Positions 1 to 8,502 of a DNA stretch of 35,551 bases are shown here, piece by piece; within the stretch, counting starts at the first letter, position 1, and each line of letters opens with the position of its first letter. Location: contig CAVEQA010000002.1 of NCBI GenBank assembly GCA_963617725.1, positions 1 through 35,551 of the forward strand. Direction: 5' to 3'. Made by a program: the position numbers and the translations under genes. The stretch comes from Paludibacteraceae bacterium. GTDB taxonomy: Bacteria > Bacillota_I > Bacilli_A > RFN20 > CAG-288. The notes below the pieces were generated by a model that made no database searches, was not told where the DNA came from, and worked only from the letters and a program-made list of their open reading frames with translations.

Positions 1-2
1 GA

Positions 3-119
3 ATAAAAGAAAAGAAGTGTTTTCAAAAAATTATTCCCAGTTACTGGATTTTATCTAATTCTAGTGAAACGGGAAAATATCGTCAAGAGATCAAAGAGCT
101 CGATGATTTAAAGAAATAA
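3..119 (+). CDS. 3' end of an unidentified CDS truncated by the window edge (...SETGKYRQEIKELDDLKK*)
   Basis: The frame is open from the window edge to a TAA at 117-119, and a hairpin plus T-run follows. There is too little sequence to identify the product. Confidence 0.35.
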   Translation: MKEKKCFQKIIPSYWILSNSSETGKYRQEIKELDDLKK

Positions 120-137
120 AAAAATCTAAAAAAATAA

Positions 138-180
138 AATACCCAAATGATTCCATAAATGAAGTTTTGGGTATTTTTTT
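138..180. terminator. Probable bidirectional intrinsic terminator
   Basis: The 10-bp stem aatacccaaa (138-147) pairs with tttgggtatt (166-175). It has an A-run upstream and a T-run downstream and lies between two convergent ORF ends. The 18-nt loop is large. Confidence 0.45.
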
Positions 181-184
181 ATTT

Positions 185-778
185 TCAATTGTTATTGATT
201 CTTGAATTGATTCCCTTGAGGATTCTTTCAAAATCAGCGATAGCTTTTTCTTCGATTGAATTTCTTTGAAGGATGATGCTAGCGTTCATATTGTTAGGTC
301 CTTTGAAGATGAGGACATAACCTTCTTTTAAAATCTGTGCTTTGATGAAGGAATTAAACGGCAATTTGAAAACTACTTTTCCAGTTTGACTTCCTTCTTT
401 CATTTGAATGAAATCTTCGTAGACTTCAACAAATGTTGTCGGCATATTCTTGACAGTGAGTTTCATTCTATAGGCAAAGATGAAGAATGAAACGATGATA
501 TCAAAGGCTATCAAACAAGAATCGAAGATGAGAAGGTATTTCAAAATTTGATTGCTATCTGTTTGATTGTAATAGAAGATGAAATCGAATAAGACAATCA
601 CAAATAAGAAACCAAATGATGACATCAAAACTCGTGGCCACTGATATCTTAAGACTATTTTTAAACAGAATAAGAAAGGATAATCGTGCGATCCTTCTTT
701 TGCAGAAATCAAAGAGCTAACATTTGATTCTTCAGTGAATGATTCAATTTCTTTACTAGTTGGATTATATATTTCCAT
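185..778 (-). CDS. Hypothetical membrane protein with two predicted hydrophobic helices and a C-terminal soluble domain
   Basis: 197-aa ORF with an ATG at 778 preceded by AAAGGAG. Its start overlaps the end of rarA by 14 nt, which suggests translational coupling. I recognise no diagnostic motif. Confidence 0.55.
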   Translation of the reverse strand: MEIYNPTSKEIESFTEESNVSSLISAKEGSHDYPFLFCLKIVLRYQWPRVLMSSFGFLFVIVLFDFIFYYNQTDSNQILKYLLIFDSCLIAFDIIVSFFIFAYRMKLTVKNMPTTFVEVYEDFIQMKEGSQTGKVVFKLPFNSFIKAQILKEGYVLIFKGPNNMNASIILQRNSIEEKAIADFERILKGINSRINNN

Positions 779-2057
779 TTTGTTTACTCCTTTTCATTCT
801 CGCCATTCTTTTGGCTTCTTTCATATCATCAGTCTTCTTGATCTCTTTAAGACGTTTATAATTCTCAGCTAAGGCTCTTTCATATTTACCAGTCATTTCC
901 GGTTTATAAAATTCTACACCATCGAGATCTTTTGGTAAATATTTTAACACTTCCCAAACATCTGGATCATCATAGGGATAACTATCTTCTTCAGAAATGT
1001 TGGGTTGATTCAATTTTAGATAATCTCTGACTTCAAGTGGAGAATCATCGATGCTATCCATCGCTTTTTCGATTGCTAAACAAGACGATTTTGATTTTGG
1101 AGATAAAGAGAGCTCGACAACTGAGAAACCAAGGGGAATCATGGCTTCTGGAAGTCCGACATCAAGAGCTGTTTGACAAGCGTTTAGACATCTATCAACA
1201 GCTTGTGGATTTGCAAGCCCGATATCTTCATAAGCTGTGACTTTAAGTCTTCTAATAAGACCTTCTAAATCACCGCTTTTTAAAAGCTTGGCAAGATAAT
1301 AAATGCTAGCGTTGACATCGCTTCCTCTGATTGATTTTTGGAGAGCAGAAACAGTATTATAGTGTTCGTTTTCGTCTTTATCTGTGAGATAATTTGGAAT
1401 ATTTGCGATGGTTTTAGCATCTTCTAAAGTGATCTGATGAGAACTAGAATATGAGAAAGATACAGCTTCTAATTGATTGTAGGCAAATCTTAAATCTCCG
1501 CTAGAAATCTTAGAGATATACTTTAAAGCATCTTCATCAAATTTTCGTGAGTTATTTAAACCATTAGAAGAGATAAGTGCCCTTTTTAATCCGATTAAAA
1601 TGTCATCAGAGGTCAAGGGGTCTGTTTGAAGCAATCTAGTTCTAGATCTTATCGCTGGATTTATCGATATTAAGGGATTTGCAGTTGTACAGCCGATAAG
1701 AAAGAAATCTCCATTTTCTAAATGTGGTAGTAATAAATCTTGTTTTCCCTTATCAAGGCGGTGAATTTCATCGATTATGACAATGCTAGGAGAGAATCTT
1801 ATTGCTTCTTCAAATGCTTGTTCCATTTTAGCTTTATTATCGATGACCGCATTTAAGCCTATGGAATAGACATTCATCGTATTTGCAAAAGCTTTAGCAA
1901 GAGTTGTCTTTCCAGTTCCGGGATTTCCATAGAAAATCATACTCAGTAATGATTGAGAAGAGAGAAGATTTCTTAAAAATGAGATGATTTTCTTTTGTCC
2001 TATGACATCATCTAGATTGTTTGGTCGCATCCTATATGCGAGAGGTTTATCTATCAT
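765..2057 (-). CDS. rarA: Replication-associated recombination protein A (RarA/MgsA AAA+ ATPase)
   Basis: Walker A GNPGTGKTTLA, Walker B IVIIDEIHR, the opening PLAYRMRPNNLDDVIGQ, and the MgsA C-terminal HYNTVSALQKSIRGSD motif. Confidence 0.9.
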   Translation of the reverse strand: MIDKPLAYRMRPNNLDDVIGQKKIISFLRNLLSSQSLLSMIFYGNPGTGKTTLAKAFANTMNVYSIGLNAVIDNKAKMEQAFEEAIRFSPSIVIIDEIHRLDKGKQDLLLPHLENGDFFLIGCTTANPLISINPAIRSRTRLLQTDPLTSDDILIGLKRALISSNGLNNSRKFDEDALKYISKISSGDLRFAYNQLEAVSFSYSSSHQITLEDAKTIANIPNYLTDKDENEHYNTVSALQKSIRGSDVNASIYYLAKLLKSGDLEGLIRRLKVTAYEDIGLANPQAVDRCLNACQTALDVGLPEAMIPLGFSVVELSLSPKSKSSCLAIEKAMDSIDDSPLEVRDYLKLNQPNISEEDSYPYDDPDVWEVLKYLPKDLDGVEFYKPEMTGKYERALAENYKRLKEIKKTDDMKEAKRMARMKRSKQNGNI

Positions 2058-2889
2058 TTATGATTTCCTTTGAAAAATATTCGATGATTATTGAAAGTAA
2101 TTTCTTAAAATCAGGAGCTAATTTCTTACCTGCTTCGATGACTTCAGCATCATCTAATTTTTTATCTTTGATTATTCCAGTTGACCAATTTGATATTGTA
2201 GCAATACCGATGACTTTCATGCTCATCTGATTTGCGACAATAGCTTCTTGAACAGTTGACATACCGACAGTATCAGCTCCGATTCTTCTTGCCATTTCAA
2301 TCTCTGCTTTTGATTCAAATTGTGGACCTGTAAACTGCATGTAGACACCTTCTTTGACATTGAGATTTTCTTTTGTTGCTAAATCAAAGATTTTTTCTCT
2401 ATCTTTAGTGTCATAAGGGTCTGACATATCGACAAATCTCGGACCAAATTCATCGATGTTTTCTCCTATTAGTGGACTTGGAGCATTGAATAAGATGTGA
2501 TCAGAGATGAGCATCATAGTGCCAGGAGCAAAACTAATACCTCCACAAGCATTAGAGAGAATTAAATATTCAACCCCCAATAATTTTAAAAGACGGATAG
2601 GAGAAACAACCTCTTCAGCTGTATAACCTTCATAATAATGGAGTCTTCCTTGCATGAAGACAACTGATGTATTTTTATATTTTGCAAAGACAAATTGTCC
2701 TTTATGAGAACCATTGGTTGATACTGGTAAATTTTTAACTTCTTTATAGGGGACGATAGCTTCAATCTCACAATCTTGAATGATACCATCAAGTCCTGAA
2801 CCTAAAACTATACCTATCTTTGGTCTAGCATCGGTCTTTTCTTGGATAAAAGAAGCCATATTCAAATAATCTTTATAGGTATATTTCAT
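2047..2889 (-). CDS. punA: Purine nucleoside phosphorylase (trimeric PunA type)
   Basis: GIVLGSGL, MQGRLHYYEG and GADTVGMSTVQE motifs, 280 aa, GAGGAA Shine-Dalgarno. It overlaps the rarA start by 11 nt. Confidence 0.85.
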   Translation of the reverse strand: MKYTYKDYLNMASFIQEKTDARPKIGIVLGSGLDGIIQDCEIEAIVPYKEVKNLPVSTNGSHKGQFVFAKYKNTSVVFMQGRLHYYEGYTAEEVVSPIRLLKLLGVEYLILSNACGGISFAPGTMMLISDHILFNAPSPLIGENIDEFGPRFVDMSDPYDTKDREKIFDLATKENLNVKEGVYMQFTGPQFESKAEIEMARRIGADTVGMSTVQEAIVANQMSMKVIGIATISNWSTGIIKDKKLDDAEVIEAGKKLAPDFKKLLSIIIEYFSKEIINDR

Positions 2890-2949
2890 ATTTTATTTCC
2901 TCACTAAATAGATATTTTAGTATAATAAAAGTGGAAAATATAGTTAATT

Positions 2950-3402
2950 ATGAAAATATTGATACAAGAATGCTTAGAAGCACATGTTAAAGTTGATGAT
3001 AAAGTTTGTGGTGAAATAAAAAATGGTGAAGTTATCTTTGTCGGATTTACATTAGGAGATGATAAAACTATCATCGATAAGATGTTAGATAAGTTATTTA
3101 AACTTAGAATCTTCAAAGATGAGAATGGCAAAACTAATTTGAATTTAGAACAGACAAATGGAAATATTCTCTGTGTCTCTCAGTTCACTTTATACGCTGA
3201 TTTAACTCAAGGCAATAGACCTTCTTTTGTCAATGCTTTAAAAGGTGAAGAAAGTGAGAAACTTTACGAATATACCAAAGAAAAATTGAAAGAGAGAATT
3301 CCTAATGTTCAATTTGGAATCTTTGGAGCTGATATGAAAGTATCATTGATTAATGATGGACCATTCACCATCTATATGGATAGTAAGGAGTTGATAAAAT
3401 GA
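2950..3402 (+). CDS. dtd: D-aminoacyl-tRNA deacylase
   Basis: 150 aa with MKILIQ..., SQFTLYAD, GNRPSF and NDGPFT motifs typical of Dtd. Confidence 0.9.
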   Translation: MKILIQECLEAHVKVDDKVCGEIKNGEVIFVGFTLGDDKTIIDKMLDKLFKLRIFKDENGKTNLNLEQTNGNILCVSQFTLYADLTQGNRPSFVNALKGEESEKLYEYTKEKLKERIPNVQFGIFGADMKVSLINDGPFTIYMDSKELIK

Positions 3403-4547
3403 ATTCTAAAAAAGTATTATTAGGACTATCTGGCGGAGTTGATTCTGCCATCGCTGCATATTTATTAAAAAAACAAGGCTATGATGTAACCTGTTGTTTT
3501 ATGAGAAATTGGGATAGTATCACCAACAATGATATCTTAGGAAATCCTACCCTTTCCGGTGATAAATGCTCTCAAGAATTCGATTATGATGATGCTGTTG
3601 AAACAGCGATGGATTTAGATCTTCCAATTTTAAGAAAAGATTTTATCGAAGAATATTGGAATGAAGTCTTCTCCCAATTTTTAGATACATATAGAAGAGG
3701 TTATACTCCAGATCCTGATGTTTTTTGTAATAAATATATCAAATTTGGACACTTCTATGATTATGCTAAATCATTAGGATTTGATCAAATTGCCATGGGA
3801 CATTATGCCATGAGAATCGATGAGAATGGAGAATCTCATCTATATAAAGCATTTGATAAAAATAAAGATCAATCATATTTCTTAGGACAGATATCATCAG
3901 AACAATTATCTCACGCATTATTTCCACTTGCTCAATTCACAAAACCAGAAGTTAGAAAGCTCGCCGAAGAATTAAATCTTTCAGCAGTTATGCATAAAAA
4001 AGATTCAACGGGTGTTTGTTTTATCGGTGAAAGAAACTTTAAAAAGTTTTTAGATAATTATTTACCTGCTAAGCCTGGTGATATCATCGATATTGTCACT
4101 AACACTAAGATTGCAAAACACGATGGTGTCTTATATTATACAATCGGACAACACAAAGGTTTAGGCATCGGTGGTATCAAAGGAAGAGATATGGAACCAT
4201 TCTTTGTCGTTGGCAAAGATGTTGAAAAGAATATCTTATATGTCGCTCAAGAAAAAGATAACGGATATCGTTTCTCTTGCGGTTGTCTTCTTTCTTCCTT
4301 CAATTTCATCGGCAGTGAAAAATTACCAGCTGATTATGAATGTTTTTGTAAATTCAGATATCGCGGACAAGACATGCCAGTGAAACTCACTATTTCTCAA
4401 GATGGAAAAGAAGCGATGTTGAAATACGATCATTACTCCTATGTCGCTAAAGGTCAAATAGCCTGTATTTATCAAGGAGAGAGACTTTTAGGCTCTGGTA
4501 TCATTGAAAAGACCTATGATGAAAAGGGGGATTTGATAAAAATTTGA
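3399..4547 (+). CDS. mnmA: tRNA-specific 2-thiouridylase MnmA
   Basis: PP-loop LGLSGGVDSA, KDQSYFL and DSTGVCFIGER motifs. The start overlaps the dtd stop in an ATGA junction. Confidence 0.9.
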   Translation: MNSKKVLLGLSGGVDSAIAAYLLKKQGYDVTCCFMRNWDSITNNDILGNPTLSGDKCSQEFDYDDAVETAMDLDLPILRKDFIEEYWNEVFSQFLDTYRRGYTPDPDVFCNKYIKFGHFYDYAKSLGFDQIAMGHYAMRIDENGESHLYKAFDKNKDQSYFLGQISSEQLSHALFPLAQFTKPEVRKLAEELNLSAVMHKKDSTGVCFIGERNFKKFLDNYLPAKPGDIIDIVTNTKIAKHDGVLYYTIGQHKGLGIGGIKGRDMEPFFVVGKDVEKNILYVAQEKDNGYRFSCGCLLSSFNFIGSEKLPADYECFCKFRYRGQDMPVKLTISQDGKEAMLKYDHYSYVAKGQIACIYQGERLLGSGIIEKTYDEKGDLIKI

Positions 4548-4617
4548 TTGAAATCAAAGAATATTTAGTATAAAATACTTTCCGGCAAAACTTATATAGA
4601 AATAGAGGTGATTGTTT

Positions 4618-4788
4618 ATGCCAAAGACCGTAGTTAGAGATAATGAAACCCTTGATGATGCAATGAAGAGATTCAAACGTCAAGTCAACAAGGCCAACAC
4701 TATCGCAGATTACAGAAAGCACGACTTCTTCCTTAAAAAAGGTTTGAAGAGAAAGCTTAAATCTGAAGAAGCAAAAAGAAAGCATTAA
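4618..4788 (+). CDS. rpsU: 30S ribosomal protein S21
   Basis: I translated this by hand: MPKTVVRDNETLDDAMKRFKRQVNKANTIADYRKHDFFLKKGLKRKLKSEEAKRKH*. GAGGTG sits 7 nt upstream of the ATG. At 56 aa it is absent from the supplied ORF track, and the antisense ORF at 4501..4785 is its shadow. Confidence 0.9.
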   Translation: MPKTVVRDNETLDDAMKRFKRQVNKANTIADYRKHDFFLKKGLKRKLKSEEAKRKH

Positions 4789-4822
4789 TTTGCTTCTCGT
4801 CGTTTTGAAAATAAACGAATTA

Positions 4823-4848
4823 AGATACCTGTAAAGGTATCTTTTTTT
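4823..4848 (+). terminator. Intrinsic terminator of rpsU
   Basis: Stem agatacct (4823-4830) pairs with aggtatct (4835-4842) around the loop gtaa, followed by a T-run. Confidence 0.7.
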
Positions 4849-5050
4849 AAAATTCTAAATAATATAAAGTTCTCTTTTCGTCTTCTTCTCTTCTTTTTTC
4901 TTCATCTTCTTTCTCACTTATCGGAGGTTCTGCTTTTGTTTGATTGAAATTCAAACCGCATACAAAGAGAAAGAAAATAGCAACTATCACGATAGTTGAA
5001 ATGCTGACTAATGTAATCAAACCAAATTTTTTTGTTTTTGAGTCATTCAT
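4847..5050 (-). CDS. Small single-pass membrane protein with a highly acidic/basic C-terminal tail
   Basis: 67 aa from the ATG at 5050, which is preceded by GAGGTG; the track start at 5059 is a GTG. It has one hydrophobic helix (LITLVSISTIVIVAIFFLFVCGL) and then EKEDEEKRREEDEKR. Confidence 0.45.
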   Translation of the reverse strand: MNDSKTKKFGLITLVSISTIVIVAIFFLFVCGLNFNQTKAEPPISEKEDEEKRREEDEKRTLYYLEF

Positions 5051-5193
5051 ATAGTTCACCTCTATAAATGATTGCTTATGAATGAGTTATTTGTAAAGTT
5101 AAAAAAAGAAGATTGACATAATATCAGCCTTCTTATAAATATCATTTGAGAATTTCTTTTAATTTTTCAATAGCTTTCTTATGATTTACCGTG

Positions 5194-5572
5194 CTATATA
5201 TTTATGAGTTTCTTCTTCAGCATACCGTGGAATAAGGCACTGTGAAGATCACATAATTTTTGAACATCACTGCTATCAATGCATGAATCGATGATATCCT
5301 GCTCGATTTTGATGATATTGTGGACTGAAACATGTTTGAAGGATTTGATAAACTCATTTTTGACAGTCTTTTAATCCTCACCATCATTCAATCTTTGGAT
5401 GTAATTTTTCAATGTTTCTTCTTTTATTTGACTGCCCATTTTAGAGCCATATGTCTTTCCATTACTTCTATAGCTTCTGGTTTTACAATATCAGTAAAAC
5501 CATTTCGAATATGATCTCTTTAATTCTTGAAATTCGTTGACTAATTCCTAAACTTTATTCATAGTGTTCTCC
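5194..5572 (-). pseudogene. Decayed gene remnant; the readable part resembles the N-terminus of a DUF438-family protein
   Basis: On the minus strand an intact AGGAGA Shine-Dalgarno and an ATG at 5572 are followed by a TAG at codon 5. A second frame starting at 5439 reads MGSQIKEETLKNYIQRLNDGED*KTVKNEFIKSFKHVSVHNIIKIEQDIIDSCIDSSDVQKLCDLHSALFHGML, with an in-frame TAA at 5373-5371, and ends at 5194. At least two frames and several stops are involved. Confidence 0.5.
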
Positions 5573-5633
5573 TATTTTAGTTAATTGTAACAAGGGAGAT
5601 TTTCAATTCCACAATGATGATTTTAGAGTGAAA

Positions 5634-5668
5634 TAAAAAAAGCTATAAACCTTAGATGGTTTATAGCT
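5634..5668 (-). terminator. Intrinsic terminator of tkt
   Basis: The 11-bp stem agctataaacc (5641-5651) pairs with ggtttatagct (5658-5668). On the minus strand it is followed by a T-run, seen as the A-run 5634-5640 on the plus strand. Confidence 0.65.
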
Positions 5669-5677
5669 TGAATTAGA

Positions 5678-7648
5678 TCACTTCTTTAAAATTTCTTTAA
5701 TTTTCTTTGAGATTGTTTCAACATTGAAACCGAATTTATCAAGGACATCTTTTGCAGGTGCACTAGAACCGAAGGTATCTTGAGAGATGACATTCTTTGC
5801 AAAGCGGTAGAGACAATCACCTTTTCCCATCTCTAAGAAAACTCTCTTATCATATGGAAGTGCTAAAACTTCGTCTTGATAATTTTGACTTTGTTTTAAG
5901 AAGATTTCAATGGACGGCATAGAGACAATTCTTAAATCGATTCCATCTTTGAGAAGTTCTTTTTGAACATCATAGGCGAGATTGACTTCACTTCCTGTAG
6001 CGATGAGAGTTAAATCGATTCTCTCTTTTTCTTTCGAAACGACATAACCACCTTTTAATGCCTTATCAAATGAGGACTCTGGATTGTTTTTCAAGGCTTG
6101 TCTTGAAAGAATGATGCAGGTTGGAGTTGTTGTTGATTTAAGTGCGATATTATAAGCGGCAGAGGTTTCAATAGCGTCAGCAGGACGATAAACGACAACA
6201 TTTGGAATGGTTCTGAGCATTGTGAGCTGTTCAATCGGTTGATGGGTTGGTCCATCTTCACCGACAGCTAAAGAATCATGTGAGAATAAATAGATGGCAG
6301 GAAGTTTTTCCATTGCTGCCATACGAATGGCTGGCTTCATATAATCAGCGAAGACTAAGAAAGAACCGATATAGGTTCTAAGTCCTCCGTGAAGTAAGAT
6401 ACCGTTTTGAATGGATGCCATTTCGAATTCTCTGATTCCGAAATTGATATTCTTTCCTGCTCTATTTTCACTTGAATAAGTGGAGAATGTTTTGACATGA
6501 GTCTTGACCGAATCGGCGACATCAGCAGACCCGCCCATGAGATTTGGAATGCTTTCAGAGATGAGATTCAAATAATTTTGGGAGACATTTCTTGTAGCTT
6601 CTTTATATCCTTCTTCATAGGATGGTCCGTTTTTGAAGACCTTAGTAGAGATATCATTAGTCAAGCTTTCTTTGAAAGCCAAATAATCTTCTTTATGATC
6701 AATTTCGTAAAGTCTTTCTCTTTCTTCATATTCCTTATAAGCTTCCATTCCGCGTTTGATGAAGGAGTTTCTAAAGACTTCATAAACATCTTCAGAGACA
6801 TCAAAGCTGTTGAATAAACAATTCAAATTCTCTTTGGTCTTATTGACTTCTTGAATGGAGAAAGCTTTTCCGTGAGAATCATGAGTTCCTTCAAGAGGAG
6901 ACGCATAACCGATGATTGTGTGAGCTATGATAAGGGTTGGTTTATCCTTGCTTGCTTTAGCTTGAGTGATTGCTTTATCGATAGCATCGATATCATTTCC
7001 ATCATCGATTTTTAAGACATTCCAAGAGGCCGATAAAAATCTTTGTTCGATATCTTCATTTGAAGAGTTGGAAAGAGGTCCATCTAATGTGCAGTCATTT
7101 CTATCATAAAGAAGTATCAATTTGTTCAGCTTTAATATTCCTGCCATATTGATAGCTTCTTGAGAGATACCCTCTTCTAAACAACCATCACCGCAGAGAA
7201 CATAGGTGTAGTGGTTTAAAAGTCTATCTCCTTCTTTATAGAGGGTTGGAATATGTGTTTCTGCGATTGCAAAACCGACAGATTGAGCAATACCTTGACC
7301 AAGAGGTCCAGAAGTACAGTCAACACCGGGAGTGTGTCCGACTTCAGGGTGACCTGGAGTTAAAGAATCGAGCTGTCTGAATTCTTTGAGTTGTTCCATT
7401 GGGATATGATATCCGCAAAGGTGAAGAAGAGAATAATATAAAGCAGAGGCGTGACCACAAGATAAAATGAATCTATCACGGTTGATCCAATTTGGATGAT
7501 TTGGATCAGCGATTAAATGTCTAGTGTACAATGTGTAAACAAGAGGTGCTGAAGATAAGCAAATACCTGGGTGACCGGATTTTGCTTTTGTAATCATATC
7601 TAGAGACAAACCACGTAACGTATTTAAAGCAAGCAAATCATTTTTCAT
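5678..7648 (-). CDS. tkt: Transketolase
   Basis: 656 aa with SGHPG, GPLGQGI, CGDGCLEEG and EDGPTHQP motifs. Confidence 0.95.
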   Translation of the reverse strand: MKNDLLALNTLRGLSLDMITKAKSGHPGICLSSAPLVYTLYTRHLIADPNHPNWINRDRFILSCGHASALYYSLLHLCGYHIPMEQLKEFRQLDSLTPGHPEVGHTPGVDCTSGPLGQGIAQSVGFAIAETHIPTLYKEGDRLLNHYTYVLCGDGCLEEGISQEAINMAGILKLNKLILLYDRNDCTLDGPLSNSSNEDIEQRFLSASWNVLKIDDGNDIDAIDKAITQAKASKDKPTLIIAHTIIGYASPLEGTHDSHGKAFSIQEVNKTKENLNCLFNSFDVSEDVYEVFRNSFIKRGMEAYKEYEERERLYEIDHKEDYLAFKESLTNDISTKVFKNGPSYEEGYKEATRNVSQNYLNLISESIPNLMGGSADVADSVKTHVKTFSTYSSENRAGKNINFGIREFEMASIQNGILLHGGLRTYIGSFLVFADYMKPAIRMAAMEKLPAIYLFSHDSLAVGEDGPTHQPIEQLTMLRTIPNVVVYRPADAIETSAAYNIALKSTTTPTCIILSRQALKNNPESSFDKALKGGYVVSKEKERIDLTLIATGSEVNLAYDVQKELLKDGIDLRIVSMPSIEIFLKQSQNYQDEVLALPYDKRVFLEMGKGDCLYRFAKNVISQDTFGSSAPAKDVLDKFGFNVETISKKIKEILKK

Positions 7649-7703
7649 TTTATTTCTCCTAATACGAATTATATTTTATCACATGTATACATCTTTTTTT
7701 AAT

Positions 7704-7730
7704 AAAAAAAGCACCTGAGTTATCAGGTGC
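7704..7730 (-). terminator. Intrinsic terminator on the minus strand, between trmL and tkt
   Basis: On the minus strand gcacctga-taac-tcaggtgc (7730-7711) is followed by TTTTTTT. Confidence 0.65.
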
Positions 7731-7945
7731 ACCTAGGTAAGCTATGTTTTCCCTTATAATTAAGAGAGGTAGCCGCAGATGAAGTTTAGGATTCTGACGA
7801 TCAGAGGAGAAGACTATAGTCTTTCTTGGTCAGCATTCAACACCACTTTATCAATTTAAGCCCCAAAAACGAAAGTGTCGGAAACGCCGTTAATCTAGGC
7901 AAGAATATGATAATTGATTACAAGATAATTTTGTAGTCTTGTATA
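7704..7945 (-). ncRNA. Candidate structured non-coding RNA or long trmL 3' UTR (family not identified)
   Basis: This roughly 240-nt stretch has no credible ORF and is noticeably more GC-rich than neighbouring intergenic DNA. It contains local hairpins (aagac-tata-gtctt, ctgac...gtcag, tctga-tcg-tcaga) and ends in a strong minus-strand terminator. The 5' end is not defined. Confidence 0.3.
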
Positions 7946-7982
7946 TTGAGAATTTTTAGTATAAAATAAATTTAAATCGGCT

Positions 7983-8501
7983 TTAAATATTATAATTATC
8001 TAAAAAATCCTCACCTTTGATTTCTTCTTTGGTTGATAAACCATAGAAGTTTTGCTGTCTTAAAGCTTCCGATAAGACAATAGCCACTGAATTTGATAGA
8101 TTTAAAGAACGGCTATCTGCAGTCATCGGAATTCTGATAGTATGATCCATATGGGCTTTTAAAACGTCTTTAGGAATCCCAGTTGATTCTCTTCCAAACA
8201 TGAAGAATCTATTCTTGCTCGGGTTTGAATAATCCATATTGGAATAGACGTTTTTGCTATATCTAGTCACATAAAAACCTTCATAACTTGGATAATGACT
8301 CAAAAATTCTTCGATGGTGTTAAATCTTTCGATTTCAAAACCGATGCAATAATCCATCTCGGCTCTTTTGAAAGCTTTATCTGAAAGTTCAAAAGAGATA
8401 TGTCCGATGATGGTCAAACTTGCATCCATAGCTTTGCAAGTACGGATGATATTTCCTGTATTTGCCGGCTTTTCAGGTTCAAATAAAACAATTTTATTCA
8501 T
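7983..8501 (-). CDS. trmL: tRNA (cytidine/uridine-2'-O-)-methyltransferase TrmL (SpoU/TrmH family)
   Basis: MNKIVLFEPEKPANTGNIIRTC and LNLSNSVAIV motifs. I chose the ATG at 8501, 1 nt after the stop of the upstream aminopeptidase gene, because it gives the family-typical N-terminus. The track start at 8522 adds 7 residues. Confidence 0.85.
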   Translation of the reverse strand: MNKIVLFEPEKPANTGNIIRTCKAMDASLTIIGHISFELSDKAFKRAEMDYCIGFEIERFNTIEEFLSHYPSYEGFYVTRYSKNVYSNMDYSNPSKNRFFMFGRESTGIPKDVLKAHMDHTIRIPMTADSRSLNLSNSVAIVLSEALRQQNFYGLSTKEEIKGEDFLDNYNI

Positions 8502-8502
8502 C

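Noticed and set aside
1037-1240. Short ORFs nested antisense or out of frame within longer genes: 1037-1240, 2021-2230, 2586-2792, 2904-3131, 4171-4383, 4501-4785, 5332-5514, 6497-6817, 8368-8598, 10954-11163, 12410-12649, 13131-13451, 16035-16241, 16947-17168, 21450-21677, 21644-21844, 22407-22664, 24007-24204, 24883-25083, 25203-25491, 25798-26337, 26407-26673, 27233-27445, 29339-29521, 30009-30224, 31867-32085, 32500-32697 and 34709-34930
   Set aside because: Each lies inside a longer ORF that has clear family motifs. They lack Shine-Dalgarno sequences and have the skewed composition expected of shadow frames in AT-rich DNA.
7649-7760. TPP riboswitch, T-box or other known leader upstream of tkt; SRP RNA, RNase P RNA or tmRNA in the trmL-tkt spacer
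   Set aside because: The hallmark elements are absent on either strand. These include the CTGAGA/ACCTGA...GG.TAAT TPP core, the T-box AGGGTGGTACCGCG-like box, the SRP GGAA tetraloop with AGCAG, the RNase P GAGGAAAGTCC motif, and the tmRNA tRNA-like ends. A short resemblance (aagtggtgttga) to my memory of Bacillus scRNA is not supported by the rest of the domain IV motif. I kept only the generic 'candidate structured RNA' finding.
7779-7859. A 26-codon plus-strand ORF (MKFRILTIRGEDYSLSWSAFNTTLSI) with an upstream AGAGAGGT and a TATAAT at 7754-7759
   Set aside because: There is no acceptable -35 element. The peptide is neither hydrophobic nor similar to anything I recognise. It lies antisense to a region that ends in a strong minus-strand terminator. 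It cannot be excluded as a small protein or a type I toxin-like element, but the support is too weak to call.
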